Position numbers and translations under genes: made by a program. Below are positions 19,233 to 30,981 of a DNA stretch of 64,000 nt, in pieces (the stretch's first letter is position 1; each line of letters begins with the position of its first letter). The stretch comes from an uncultured Spirochaetota bacterium (GTDB taxonomy: Bacteria > Spirochaetota > UBA4802 > UBA5550). The stretch lies in contig CAWHAA010000008.1 in the NCBI GenBank assembly GCA_963827275.1, positions 320,001-384,000 of the forward strand, in the 5' to 3' direction. Under the pieces are notes generated by a model. The model did no database searches, was not told the DNA's origin, and worked only from the letters and a program-made list of their open reading frames with translations.

Positions 19233-21858
19233 TTGATGGAGTCTATTATCTTTCTGAGGTGTGACCTGAACCGGGGGTAGCGGTCCCTGCTGGTTTTTCC
19301 CGTGATCAGCACCGTGAAGCCGTCCCGGTAGAGGGAGCAGGTTTCGGTAATGTTTTTGTCCCCGTCTTTCGCGAGGATCCAGAGATATTCCGCTTCGGGC
19401 CCCCGTTCCCAGCGCTTTTCAACCAGCACGCACCCCGATTTCCTGACCCAGTTTTCAGCCGTGTCTTTCATGTCGTCGTTTTCCATCGGCAGGCGCACCA
19501 GCCTGACGGTCGGTCCGCCCTCGCCGGCGGAGAAGGCCTTCACCACGCCCTGGAACGCTTCGGTCTGCCCGACGGTCTCCTCTGCCCATCCTGCCGGCAC
19601 CGCGAAGGAGAGGTCCGGGTCCTGTATGGTGATGGTGCGGCCGCGTTCCGCCTGCCGGCCGGTACCGCCGTCCTGCTTCCTGCCCGGCGAAGGTGCGTTC
19701 CGGTGGAGCAGCAGGGAGAGCTTTCTCGCCGCTTTCGCGTCGATCTCCTCCATGTTGGACTCGTTCATGGTCCAGGAATCGATCCGTGCCTGCGGCCCGG
19801 CGCCGAGACTTTTTTCTATCACGGCGATCTCTTCCGGTATCGGCGCGTCCGGGACCCGGACGTTGTTCTTCCTGTAGTAACGCAGCAGGGTGTAAAGGCG
19901 CGCCAGGGCGGCCTTTGCCTCGCCCTTGAGATAGTGCTTTGCCGTGAGCTCGCTGCGTACCCTGGCTGCGTTGAAGCCGTCAAGCGACGCGAGTATTGAT
20001 GCCGATCTCACCGCGCTTTCAAGGCCGGGAGAAGCGGCGCCGCTGCGCGCCTCTTTCAGGTACGCGACGTACCGCTCGGCGTACCGGCTGATCATCTCCC
20101 CGCCGTACTCGTAGCGCTGGTAGAGGGCGGCACAGTCGGCAGCGTGCTCGCGCTGCGCGTCGATATCGTCCTGCGCGATCTTTTCCTTCAGGCCCTCGTT
20201 TCCCTTGAGGTCCGCGCCCGCCGTTCGTGACAGCGCCCGCGCGTACCCGGCGTAGTCCTGCCTGACGCCGCCCCGCACCTGCTGCATCCACCCGGTGAAT
20301 TCAACGGTACGCGCCCGGATTGAACCGATCTCTTTCTGTGAAAGATAGGGGCGGTCGTTTTTGTCTATTCCCAGGGTGGCCCCTATGGCCGTGAATAAAG
20401 CGCTCGTGCCGTTCAGGCAGGTGGCGAAGCGCTTCTGTTCGCGCGGTCCGCCGAACGATGAGATGCGCGCGCTCACGGCGAACAGGTCGCCGGCGAGCCT
20501 GAGGTACTGCCGGTTGCGTTCCAGGAGATAGCGGTACCGCTCCGCTATTTCGCTGCCGGCCATTCTTTTTCCCTCAGACATGAGCGTGACGAGCGCCACG
20601 GTCCTGATGCGGCATTCCTCAAGGGAAGCGAGCCGCTCATGTACTATCCGGCGCGCTTCGTTGAATTCACGCTCGTTCTTAATGACGGCGCGGGGCCCCT
20701 CTTGTATCCCGAGGAGGCGCGCCTTCTCTTCTTCGCGGGCGACAGCGCGCCGGGCGTCTTCCGTGCCGCGCTGTATGACGCCCTTCAGGCGAACGTCAAG
20801 GTCGTTGATGAAGCCGGGCCCCTCCCTCCCGGTGGTCGTCAGGAGTGTGGCCCTGCGTATCCTCCCCATCTCCTCGCGCAGCGGGTTCTCCGCGGGGAGC
20901 GCCGGTATTTCCAGCGTCAGGGCGCCTGGCGCGCTGCCTGCCGGCGCGGGTGCCGGTGCCGGTTTGCTCTCCGCATTGCGCGGTGCGAAGAGGACCGGCT
21001 CGAGGTCTGACGGGTTGCGGTGGAACCTGCGCACCTGTTCGAGGGTCAGGCCCGCGGGGCCGCCCGGCAGCGCCATGATTTTTTTGTACGCCGCGAAGTC
21101 CCGGTTGATGAGCGCCTCTTTCCGCTTCCAGGTCCAGGACGCGGCCAGGGCGTCATCGTCATGAGAGCGGTCCGGCGCGTTGCACGCGTCGAGATATTCA
21201 AGCGCCGCGCTGACGGTGAGCGTTCGCAGCTCCCTGCCGTTGGCGGTATTGTTCTTTTCCCTGAGCTTCACGGACACGGCGGCCACGGTCCCGTTCAGCG
21301 CCTGTTCCTCGAATCGGCCCCTGCCGGCGATTGCGCTTCCCGCCAGCACTTCAACGGCCAGCACCTTCCACTCGGCAGCGCTTATATCTTCGGCCATGAT
21401 CCGCCGTGCGAGCCCGTCATCCGCTTCGCCGAAATGCTGTTTGGCGAGGGAGTCGATGCGGCGCCCGGCAGCGTCGCGTGCGGCGGACACCGGGCCGGGG
21501 CCGTCCGGGTCCTTCACAAGGAGCTCGAGCCGGCGCAGGGCGCAGAGGGTCGGGACCACAGTTAGCGCTTCGGCCGCGATGTCGGCGTCGGTGATCACGC
21601 GCGTCAGGTGGGTGAGTGACCCGTCGTGTTTCATTTCGCGCTCGAACACGTCGATGATAGCGCGGGCCCTGGCGATGTCCTTGTCGATGACGCCGAGGAG
21701 GGGGATCCGGGAGTGGCGTCCTGCCGTTTCGTCCGTTCAGCCTCGAGCTTCGTGAGGCGGACCTGCCACCACTGGAGCCGATTTTCGATGAAGCCGTAGG
21801 AATGTTCAATTGAAAGGAACAGAACGATAATGGCTGCCACCATGCGTGCTTTTTTCAT
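19229..21858 (-). CDS. Large hypothetical secreted protein (frameshift between about 21700 and 21740)
   Basis: Signal-peptide ORF 21631-21858 with GGAG SD joins the 806-aa ORF 19229-21649; the C-terminal ~140 aa begin DLSFAVPAGW. Confidence 0.65.
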
Positions 21859-22075
21859 AACGGTACTCCCGTGGTGTTGTATGGACCGGGACTCCTCCGC
21901 GGGAGGCCCGATGGATTGACGGTTATGTCGCTATCGTTATTATCGTTAGAAAAAAGGATTCAAATTAGGAGTTTGCTGAAAAACATTAAGGAGATGTAAA
22001 ATGGAGGCAGGACTGGCTATTTAGAGGATAGGCCAATAGGCTGGAAAAGAGCGGGTTTAATTTTTCAACAAGTAC

Positions 22076-22104
22076 TTGACAACCGTCCGGCCGGTCGTTA
22101 TTTG
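22076..22104 (+). promoter_or_regulatory. Promoter with TetR-type operator
   Basis: TTGACA 22076-22081 followed immediately by the near-palindrome ACCGTCCGGCCGGT (12/14) at 22082-22095. Confidence 0.5.
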
Positions 22105-22185
22105 TTATTTATTAAAGGGTCAAAGATAAATATACAGTATTTAAGTAGTTAGATTTTTAGAGTATGTCATAAGGGGGGATATATA

Positions 22186-24012
22186 ATGAAGAAATCATCT
22201 GCATTTCGTATGCTTTTCCTGATGAGCATGGCCGCTTTTCTGCTCTTTGGGTGTGATCAGGAAGGGGATACTCCCGGTTCCTTCCTGATGGGCCTTTTTG
22301 AAACGAGCGGCACCACGCATACCGGCGGTACGCCGCAGAACACCTGGCCGCCTGCCGGGTTCACGGAACAGATGGCGGACCAGAATACGAGGTTCCCGGA
22401 TTCCGTCGCGACGGATGTTGCCGTTTCAGCGCCGCTGCCGTCATCATTCGGCGAGCGTCCTGCCGAGTGTGACTGTGTCCATTTCCTTCGCATCAGGCAC
22501 GCGCGGGGGCCGGTACAACCGTCGGACGCCGACAGGATATTGATCGCCCAGCCGGGGGTGCTTGAAGGCGCTTCGGCTTTTTACAACGTCGCCGCCAACC
22601 TGGTGACGCGTGCGTACAGCGAGAGGGGAAAATTTGTCGAGTTCTGGGCGGTCGACCGCCGGCCCAACTGCCTCGAGGACCTGACCGGCCTAAAATTGGC
22701 GAAATCGACCGGTGACGTTCACGACGCCATCGATTACTATTACAGAAACAAGTCATATGAAGGCCGCCGGTTCGCGGGATTTTTAAACCCGTTTACGGAC
22801 GCGGCGTGGCTCGTTGACATGGGGATGGACCGCACGCTCCGTGACTGGAACGAGATCATCACGCGCGGCATACCCGATCAGTCCGTGCGGCAGGAGAAGG
22901 TCTTCCTGGGCGGCCACTCCCTGGGCGGGTTCATCACCGGCGCCTACGCCTGCTGGGACTTTGACGGTGACCCGTCGACGACGGAGGACGCCGGCTACAA
23001 CCAGTGCGCCGGTTATTTCGGGCTGGACACGCTGGTGACGGCCCAGCCGATGGCCGGGCTCATGTCAGGAGCGGGCTCCGGACTGGACCTGGGCGGGCTT
23101 CTCGGCAGCATCCCCGACGCGGTGGTGGACTTGATGCGCGCCGGCTACTTCGAGCGGTATGTATCGGTCCCCGGTGTTATCGATCCGGAAATCATGTACC
23201 TCCTGACGGGCCTCGGCATTGCGGCGCACTTCCAGCCAACGGATGAAGCTGACTCGATCGAGTATCTGCCGGCGACCCAGAACGCGCTCCTGACCTACCG
23301 GTTTTATCATTCGCGCGACCTGTGCGCGTTTCTCTCCCCGACGCCGACGCTCGGGATGTACCGCTACACCAACCAGGCGCTCCTCGCCGTTTTCACCGAC
23401 GATAACGCCATGCCCCTTTCGATCGTGCGGTCCAGCATGGGCTTCTTTACGGGCGGTCCGGTGGTTGACAAGAATTTTCCGTTTCCCTCGGATATGGCTG
23501 ACGCGCTTCAGGAAATTCCTTCCCTCAACATGATTACCGGCATGATAGGCGGTAACATCGCCATCGCGTCCGACAGCGGGAGCCCGTGCGAAAAGAAGGA
23601 CGGGCCGCTCTACGGATGGCTCAACTATAACGAACTGCAGGGGGTGGATGTCCCGCTGAATTCAGATGGCGAGCCGTACACGAGTGTCGCACAGGAGGTC
23701 ACCGATATCAGCGACTTCGCGCGGTGCCTTGCTGCGTGGCCGATGGACTTCGTCGAGAAGTACTTCCCGATCCGGCTGGCGGTCGATTCAATGTTCGGCA
23801 CTGACGGCATTGTCCATGCTGACGGGGTTTCGCGGCATCCCGTTATCGATATAATAGCGGGGGACGGCCCGAACCTCGGGGGGGACCAGAACCCGGCCGG
23901 ATCGCCGGTGCTGCCCGGATACGACCACCTGGACGTTCTCACCGCCGCGCCGGTCCAGAACAACGAACAGCCGGAACCGGTGACAACGCACCTGCTTGAG
24001 TTTATTTTCTAG
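22186..24012 (+). CDS. Lipoprotein with alpha/beta-hydrolase motifs
   Basis: Lipobox LFGC; WAVDRR.NCLED; GGHSLGG; C-terminal GYDHLDVL. Confidence 0.75.
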   Translation: MKKSSAFRMLFLMSMAAFLLFGCDQEGDTPGSFLMGLFETSGTTHTGGTPQNTWPPAGFTEQMADQNTRFPDSVATDVAVSAPLPSSFGERPAECDCVHFLRIRHARGPVQPSDADRILIAQPGVLEGASAFYNVAANLVTRAYSERGKFVEFWAVDRRPNCLEDLTGLKLAKSTGDVHDAIDYYYRNKSYEGRRFAGFLNPFTDAAWLVDMGMDRTLRDWNEIITRGIPDQSVRQEKVFLGGHSLGGFITGAYACWDFDGDPSTTEDAGYNQCAGYFGLDTLVTAQPMAGLMSGAGSGLDLGGLLGSIPDAVVDLMRAGYFERYVSVPGVIDPEIMYLLTGLGIAAHFQPTDEADSIEYLPATQNALLTYRFYHSRDLCAFLSPTPTLGMYRYTNQALLAVFTDDNAMPLSIVRSSMGFFTGGPVVDKNFPFPSDMADALQEIPSLNMITGMIGGNIAIASDSGSPCEKKDGPLYGWLNYNELQGVDVPLNSDGEPYTSVAQEVTDISDFARCLAAWPMDFVEKYFPIRLAVDSMFGTDGIVHADGVSRHPVIDIIAGDGPNLGGDQNPAGSPVLPGYDHLDVLTAAPVQNNEQPEPVTTHLLEFIF

Positions 24013-24042
24013 CCTGCGTCAGGGAGACGGGCGGCGGCGTGT

Positions 24043-25434
24043 TCACCGCCCGAGCGACTGTTTCTTCACGAAATGGTACTTCACCGCGTCGAGGAACGCG
24101 ACGCAGCGGCTGATCTCCTCGAAGACCGGCATCCCCGCGTCCTCCCACAGGGCGCGGTACTGCTCATTCGTGGGGTTGCTGCCCACCTGCCACACCGCGA
24201 CCGGCTTCCGGAATTTTCTCTTGAGCGCGCCGATCTCGGCGATGTAGTCCGGCGCGCCGAAGGCCCAGGCGAAGGTCTCGATGATGAGGGAGTCCACCGC
24301 CGGGTCGGCGAGCATCGCCTCCGCGACCGGGAGGTACACCTTTGCCGGGCCCTTCTGCTCCACCGCCGGCCAGAGGTCGACCGGGTGCGCCGGCTCCATC
24401 CACGGCGGGAATACTTTTTGAATCTCCGCCATGGTCTCCGGCGAGAGCTCCGCCAGCTCCAGGCCGCGGTCTTCGAGCAGGTCAACGGTGACGATGCCCC
24501 CGCCGCCGGAGAAGGTCATGACCGCTGTTTTGCCGCCGGGCGTGTAGGCTTCGGTCTTGGAAAAGCCCCGCACCAGGTCCATCAGCTCGTGCATGTCGTA
24601 AACCTGCACCACCCCGGACTGCCGGAAGGCGCCGCGGTACACCGCGGCAGAGCCGGAGAGGCTCGCCGTGTGGCTCATGGCCGCCTTCGCGCCCGACTGG
24701 CTCCGGCCCGACTTGAGCACCACCACCGGCTTTGTCGTGGAGCGGGCACGCTCCATGAATTTCCTCCCGTCGATGATCGATTCGAGGTAGCAGCCGATCA
24801 CCCCGGTGTCCGGGTCGTCGATCAGGTATTCGAGGAGCTCGGTCTCGTGCACGTCGCACTTGTTGCCGATGGAGCATACCTTGCTGAAGCCTATGCCGCC
24901 GCGCTGCATCATCATCAATAAAAATCCCGCCGAGAGCATGCCGCTCTGCACGATGAGGGACACGTTCCCCGGATTCATCAGGGTGGTCCACTTGTCGGTG
25001 TACATGAAGGAGAACACGTTCCGCGAGTGTCCGTCGAGGTATCCCATGCAGTTGGGCCCCCAGAGGCGGACGCCGAGGCTTCGCGCCAGCGCGACCGATT
25101 CTTCCTGGAGCCTTTTCCCCTCCGGGCCGATTTCCGAGAAGCCGGCTGACTGTATGATTATGCCTTTAACGCCTTTAGCCGCGCAGGCGCGTATCGTTTC
25201 GGGTAGGAACTTCGCCGGGATAAAGTAGACCGCCATGTCGATGGTGCCGGGTATCGACTGCACGTCGGGGTAGCAGGGGAGGCCGAGGATCTCCTTGTAC
25301 CGGGGATTGACCGGGTAGAGCCTGCCCCGGTAGCCGGCAAGGGCGTTCCTCACGATATGAAAGCCGCCCTTCATCTGGCTGTCTGTCGCGCCGATGACGG
25401 CGACACCGTCGGGATTAAAAAAGTATTCGAACAT
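24043..25434 (-). CDS. Acyl-CoA synthetase (NDP-forming) alpha-subunit family CoA-binding protein
   Basis: VAVIGAT, YPVNP, SAGFSE, GPNCMG, QSG, GNKCD, phospho-His SHTASLSG; no ATP-grasp domain. Confidence 0.88.
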   Translation of the reverse strand: MFEYFFNPDGVAVIGATDSQMKGGFHIVRNALAGYRGRLYPVNPRYKEILGLPCYPDVQSIPGTIDMAVYFIPAKFLPETIRACAAKGVKGIIIQSAGFSEIGPEGKRLQEESVALARSLGVRLWGPNCMGYLDGHSRNVFSFMYTDKWTTLMNPGNVSLIVQSGMLSAGFLLMMMQRGGIGFSKVCSIGNKCDVHETELLEYLIDDPDTGVIGCYLESIIDGRKFMERARSTTKPVVVLKSGRSQSGAKAAMSHTASLSGSAAVYRGAFRQSGVVQVYDMHELMDLVRGFSKTEAYTPGGKTAVMTFSGGGGIVTVDLLEDRGLELAELSPETMAEIQKVFPPWMEPAHPVDLWPAVEQKGPAKVYLPVAEAMLADPAVDSLIIETFAWAFGAPDYIAEIGALKRKFRKPVAVWQVGSNPTNEQYRALWEDAGMPVFEEISRCVAFLDAVKYHFVKKQSLGR

Positions 25435-25540
25435 GGCGATATCCTCAGTCTGATTTTTAATGGCCGCTTCGGCCTGTCAATACATTATTCCGGCGCGACT
25501 CATGGCGCTTTCATTTTGCATTTTTAATGTTCCCGTTTTT

Positions 25541-26668
25541 TCATATGCTTATAAAAATGTTTTTCCTGTACGGAAGATAGAGTGCCCCGAGCCAGAACAG
25601 GAGGAATGACGCCGCGTACAGCGCGGAGGCCGCCTCCGGCGTAAAATGCGGCGCGAACACCGCGTTGAAGATGATCGCTTTCAGCGTGGCGGTGCCGGTG
25701 CCGTGCGGGACCGGGATCGTGGCCATGGCCTTGCCCGCGAGGGAGGAAAGGACGTACAGCGCGATCGCGTTCCTTCCCAGGACCAGGAACGGGACCGCGG
25801 AAATACGGAGGCCCCTGATGTCGAACAGGTAGTGGCAGAGTGCGAAGACCATGGTTCCCAGTCCCCCCATGAAAAGGCAATAGCTCGGCGTCCACAGGTT
25901 CTTGTTGATGGGCACCGCGGAGTCGAGCGCCAGGCCGGCCGCGGCCATGACCGCGCCGGCGATCATGAGCTTCGCCGCGGACGCGCCCCCGGCAGGCCGT
26001 ATCAGGGACGCTGCCCACGCCCCGATCATGGCGCTGGCGACGGCGGGGATGGTGGTGAGGAGGCCTTCCGGGTCGAAGCCCGGCGCGGCCGCGTGCTCAT
26101 AGGTATGGCCGGCAAGGAGCGCACCGTCGATGAAGCCGGGCAGGTTGCAGCACGGCTCGAGCGACCCGCGGCCAAACCCCGGGGGCGTGACCAGGAGCAG
26201 GAGCGCGGTGTAAAGCGCGAGGAGGATGGCGGTGACGATCGGCCATGCACCCGGCTTCGCGTACAGTGCCAGCACGGCGGCGAAACAATAGCAGAGCCCG
26301 ATCCTCTGGAGCACGCCCGGGATGCGCACCGACCCGGGATCAAAGAGCGGGAAGAGGTTCAGGAAAAGCCCCAGTGCGATGAGCAGCAACGTGCGGCGGA
26401 GCACACGCGGCACCAGCACCGTGCCGGGCGTTCCCGCTGCCCTGGCCGATGAAAGGGGAAAGAAGAGGCTTGCGCCAAGCGCGAATAAAAAAAACGGGAA
26501 GACAATGTCGGCCCCCAGCCAGCCATGCCACGCCGCGTGCCGTAACGCGGGATAGACATGGCCCCAGTCTCCCTGGTTGTTGACCAGCACCATGGCGGCG
26601 ATTGTGAGGCCCCGGAACACGTCCAGGGAAACAAGCCGCTTCTTTTCTTCGGTAAATCCTTCTTTCAT
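25541..26668 (-). CDS. Heparan-alpha-glucosaminide N-acetyltransferase-like (NagX-type) membrane acyltransferase
   Basis: RLVSLDVFRGLTIAAMVLVNN, LRHAAWHG, RIPGVLQRIG, FDPEGLL, PINKNLWTPSY. Confidence 0.88.
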   Translation of the reverse strand: MKEGFTEEKKRLVSLDVFRGLTIAAMVLVNNQGDWGHVYPALRHAAWHGWLGADIVFPFFLFALGASLFFPLSSARAAGTPGTVLVPRVLRRTLLLIALGLFLNLFPLFDPGSVRIPGVLQRIGLCYCFAAVLALYAKPGAWPIVTAILLALYTALLLLVTPPGFGRGSLEPCCNLPGFIDGALLAGHTYEHAAAPGFDPEGLLTTIPAVASAMIGAWAASLIRPAGGASAAKLMIAGAVMAAAGLALDSAVPINKNLWTPSYCLFMGGLGTMVFALCHYLFDIRGLRISAVPFLVLGRNAIALYVLSSLAGKAMATIPVPHGTGTATLKAIIFNAVFAPHFTPEAASALYAASFLLFWLGALYLPYRKNIFISI

Positions 26669-26859
26669 ACTGATAATCAACGTTAATTTATTGTACAAAT
26701 AAGCGCAATTTGATAATTTTTGTTAGATAAAATCAAATAAAAAATTAAAAAACCGATACTTTTTCTTGCCTCTTCCCCTGTGATTTTGTATATTCCGTCG
26801 GTTGTACACAGAAACAGGGCGCTACTGCCCAGAGGATATGGAGAGGTTTAATTTTCATC

Positions 26860-27831
26860 ATGAATTCATCACGTAACCCGGTTATGCTCTATCGAGTATT
26901 GTTTGTTTTTCTGCTCTTCCTTGTCGGTGTCTTTTACTGGCGGTGTGCCGGCGACAATAAAAAGCAGGCTTCCAGCGGCGCTTCTCTGTCGGCGCAATGC
27001 GTCAATGAACGGGAGCCGGACAGGATAAACGAGGAGTTTTCGGACCCGGAGAAGGTGACGATACAGGGGTACAGCGGCCACGCCATGGACCCCTTCATCA
27101 CCCGCGACGGGAATTACCTTTTTTTCAACAGTCACAACGAAGGTGAGTATACCCGCCTCTATTACGCGCGCAGGGTCGATGACGCAACCTTCACCTTCAT
27201 GGGCGAGATTCAGGGCGCGAACGGGAAAGCCTCACATTTTGACGCGGTCCCGAGCATGGACGCCGAGGGACGGTTCTACTTTATTTCAACCCGGAATTAC
27301 TACCGCGATTACAATAACGTTTACAGCGGTAATTTTCTCGATGGAAAAGTCTATGACCTGGATTCCCAGCCCGGCAATTTCTATGCCGCGACGCCGGGGT
27401 GGATCGTCACGGATGCGGAGGTGAGCCCCGACGGCGGGATGCTCTATTTCGCGAACGCGCAGTACACCGGCGGCAGGGCTCCCGACAGGTCGGACATAGG
27501 GATCGCGCGCATGAATTTCGGAACATTCAATGTTGACAGGAAATTGGCCGGCGTACTGAAGAATGTCAACACCGGCGATTCGCTCGAGTTCGGGCCATCA
27601 GTCACCATCGACGGGCTCGAACTATTTTTTACGCGGATCGATCTCTGCGCGGGTTCGTCGAGGCTCTTCGTCGCCAAGCGGAATTCAATCGCCGAGCCGT
27701 TCCAGGCGCCCGAGCGGATCGACGCCCCTGATGGACAGGCCGAGTCGCCTTCGATTTCGCATGATAAAAAGACCCTCTACTACCACTCCATGGACGACAG
27801 CGTATACGCCATCTACAAGGTGTCCCGGTAG
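26860..27831 (+). CDS. Exported WD40-like (PD40) beta-propeller protein
   Basis: Repeats PFITRDGNYLFF, EVSPDGGMLYF, PSVTIDGLELFF, PSISHDKKTLYY; N-terminal hydrophobic segment plus Cys. Confidence 0.75.
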   Translation: MNSSRNPVMLYRVLFVFLLFLVGVFYWRCAGDNKKQASSGASLSAQCVNEREPDRINEEFSDPEKVTIQGYSGHAMDPFITRDGNYLFFNSHNEGEYTRLYYARRVDDATFTFMGEIQGANGKASHFDAVPSMDAEGRFYFISTRNYYRDYNNVYSGNFLDGKVYDLDSQPGNFYAATPGWIVTDAEVSPDGGMLYFANAQYTGGRAPDRSDIGIARMNFGTFNVDRKLAGVLKNVNTGDSLEFGPSVTIDGLELFFTRIDLCAGSSRLFVAKRNSIAEPFQAPERIDAPDGQAESPSISHDKKTLYYHSMDDSVYAIYKVSR

Positions 27832-30333
27832 GGGTTCACCGGCTTCACGCCCCATATCTCGTCCGCGTACTCCCTGATGGTGCGGTCGGTTGAGAACTTG
27901 CCCATGCCCGCGACGTTGAGGATCGACATGCGCGTCCAGGCCTCACGGTCGCGGAAGGCCCTGTTCACCCGCTCCTGGCAGTCGATGTACGACTCGTAGT
28001 CCGCCAGGCGCATGTACTGGTCGCCCCGGGAGAGGAGCGCATCCACGATCGGCCTGAACAGGTCCGGCTGGTCCGGTGAGAAATACCCGTCCCGGATCAT
28101 GTCGATCGCCTGACGCAGCTCCTGGTTCGAATCATACACGCGCGACGGGTCGTGTCCCCCGGACCTCATCTCCGCCACCTGGTCCGCCGTGAGGCCAAAG
28201 ATGAAGATGTTTTCGTCGCCCACCTCTTCCCGTATCTCCACGTTCGCGCCGTCCATGGTGCCGATGGTGAGGGCGCCGTTGAGCGCGAACTTCATGTTGC
28301 CGGTGCCCGACGCCTCGATCCCCGCGGTGGATATCTGCTCGGAGAGGTCCGCGGCGGGAATGATCTTTTCGGCGTTGGACACGCAGTAGTTGCGGATGAA
28401 CACGACCCTGAGCGCCTCGCCGACCCGGTGATCGTTATTCACGACCTCCGCCACCGAATTGATGAGCTTGATGACGAGCTTCGCGAAGAAATAGGCGGGC
28501 GCCGCCTTGCCGCCGAATATCACGGTGCGGGGGACGACCGCGTCGGCGCGTCCAGAAATGATCCGGTTGTACAGGGTGATGACATGGAGCAGGTTCAGGG
28601 TCTGCCGCTTGTACTCGTGCATCCGCTTCACGTGGCAGTCGAACAGGGAGTCGATGTTCACCCGGACCTTGTTGCGGGTCCAGATATACGCGGCCAGCCG
28701 CTCCTTGTTCTTCCGCTTAACCGCCCGCCATTCCTCCCGGAAGGCCGGGTCGTCCGCGAGCGGGACGAGCTCCCTGAGCTCGTCCAGATCGGTGGTCCAG
28801 CCGTCGCCGATCCGCGAGGAGATGAGGTCGGACAGCTTCGGGTTGCAGAGCCTGAGCCAGCGTCGCTGCGTGATGCCGTTGGTTTTGTTGTTGAACTTTC
28901 CAGGCCACATCTCGATAGAAGTCGCGGAAAATATCGGTCTTGATGATTTCGGTATGGAGCGCGGCGACGCCGTTCACCGAATGGCTCCCGATTATCGCAA
29001 GGTTTGCCATGCGCGCCTGCTTCTCGGTCCCTTCCTCGATCACCGACATGCGCCCGAGGCGGACGCTGTCGCCCGGATGCGCCTTCCGGACATCGTCGAG
29101 GAAACGCCGGTTGATCTCGTAGATGATCTGCATGTGGCGCGGCAGCACGTGCTCCAGGAGCGATACCGGCCACTTCTCCAGCGCCTCGGGCAGCATCGTG
29201 TGGTTGGTGTACCCGAAGGTCTTCACTGTGATATCCCACGCGTCCTCCCAGTCAAGGCCTTCGCGGTCAATGAAAAGACGCATGAGCTCCGGTATGGCGA
29301 TGGCCGGGTGCGTGTCGTTGAGCTGTATCGCGACCTTGTCCGGGAAGCGCTCGAACGTGTCATGGGCCTTCCGGTAGCGGCGGATGATGTCCTGCAGCGT
29401 GGCGGACACGAAAAAGTATTCCTGCTTGAGGCGGAGCTCCTTTCCGGCGAACTGGTAGTCGTTCGGGTACAGCACCTTGGATATGATCTCGGAGCGGTCT
29501 TTTTCAGATACGGCCATGTGATAGTCGCCGTGGTTGAAGTAGTCCAGGTTGAACTCGCGCGTCGATTTGGCGGCCCAGAGCCGGAGGGTGTTCACGGTGT
29601 TGTTCATGTAGCCGGGGACCGGAGTGTCATAGGCCATGGCCATGAGCACCTGCGCGTCGACCCAGTCGCTCCTGAAGCGTCCCTTTTCGTCGTGGTACTG
29701 GTGCACCGTCCCGTAAAATTTCACGGGGTAGATGTATTCGGGCCGCGGGAATTCCCAGGGATTTCCGTACCGGAGCCAGTTGTCCGGGGTCTCCGCCTGG
29801 TATCCCTGTATGATCTGCTGGAAAAAAATGCCGTATTCGTACCGGATGCCGTAACCGTACGCGGGAAGCTGCAGGGTGGCCATGGAATCCATGAAGCAGG
29901 CGGCCAGCCGGCCCAGCCCGCCGTTGCCGAGCCCCGCGTCCCATTCCTCTTCCCGAAGCTCTTCCATGTCGTAGCCCAGGTCTGCGAGGGCCCTGCCGGT
30001 GTCGCCGTACAGGCCGGTGTTGATCAGGCTGTTTCCCAGGGCCCTGCCCATGAGGAACTCCAGGGACAGGTAATAGACCCGCTTGGCGTCTTCCCGGTAA
30101 TAGGCCTGTTGCGTCTCGATCCACCGCTCCGCGAGCCGGTCGCGCGCAAGGAGCGCAAGGCATTTGTAGCGGTCATGCTTCGTGGCCGAGTACTCGTCTT
30201 TCGCCAGGGAGTACTCCATGTGGTGGATGAAGGATTCCTTCAATGATTCGATGTCCCTGCCCTGGAGCCTGTTCGTGGTGGTGGACAGGCCTGAAGACGG
30301 GGGGGACTGCTTTTTTGGTGTGAGCTTTTTCAT
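27813..30333 (-). CDS. glgP: Glycogen/starch phosphorylase (frameshift near 28914)
   Basis: [60 protein letters not shown] (PLP lysine). Confidence 0.93.
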
Positions 30334-30360
30334 GAGTATCTCCTTTCCGGGCCCGGGGCG

Positions 30361-30759
30361 TCATTCACCGCGCCGCGTGTGCGCGATGTACGAGAGCCAT
30401 GGCGCCACTACGACAAAGACCAGCACCAGCACCCATACCTTCCCTTCGAAAATGTTGTACGCATCCAAAAGCTCGGACCAGGGATGGCCCATCGCGAAAT
30501 GAAAGAACAGAAACTCGAAGGCGAGGGTGAGGCAGAGCCAGATCAGGCCCACGGTGACGGCCTGGCGCACTGATTCGAGCTTCCATTTCAGGCCGAGCGC
30601 CCAGATGTAGAGGCCGAAAAGAAGAATGCCGGTCGCAGTCGAAACCTGGTGCGCGGCAAGGTCACCCAGGCTGTCCCTGTACACGATATCCCTGATCGCG
30701 CCGTTGATGATCGCTATGAAGACCAGGGGAATCCAGAAGAGGGTGTATTTCAGTATCAT
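30361..30759 (-). CDS. Hypothetical membrane protein
   Basis: Four hydrophobic segments; NGAIRD…AHQVST…TLAFEFLF. Confidence 0.7.
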   Translation of the reverse strand: MILKYTLFWIPLVFIAIINGAIRDIVYRDSLGDLAAHQVSTATGILLFGLYIWALGLKWKLESVRQAVTVGLIWLCLTLAFEFLFFHFAMGHPWSELLDAYNIFEGKVWVLVLVFVVVAPWLSYIAHTRRGE

Positions 30760-30981
30760 GTCGCATGCCTGTTGTGATGGCGGTCGGGGCCTGTGCCGCG
30801 CGGGTAAAATATATGCCTGTACAGGCATCTTGTAAAGAACATTTTCGTGATAGAGTAATGTCGCGGGACAGGTAGTTTTTTTATGGGGCTGGACGGCTCC
30901 CGCCCAAAAAATAATGTTACTATCTGTCCCTTGCGGTAATTAATTCTTGCTATATGTTTCCCGGGGCGGATAGTGGAGTGC

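Noticed and set aside
28507..30246. Long antisense or alternate-frame ORFs (also 50307-51941, 36428-37465, 12470-13459 and the N-terminal half of 38273-41023)
   Set aside because: Shadow ORFs of high-GC3 genes with no motifs; 38273-41023 is real only from 39757 onward (fadH)
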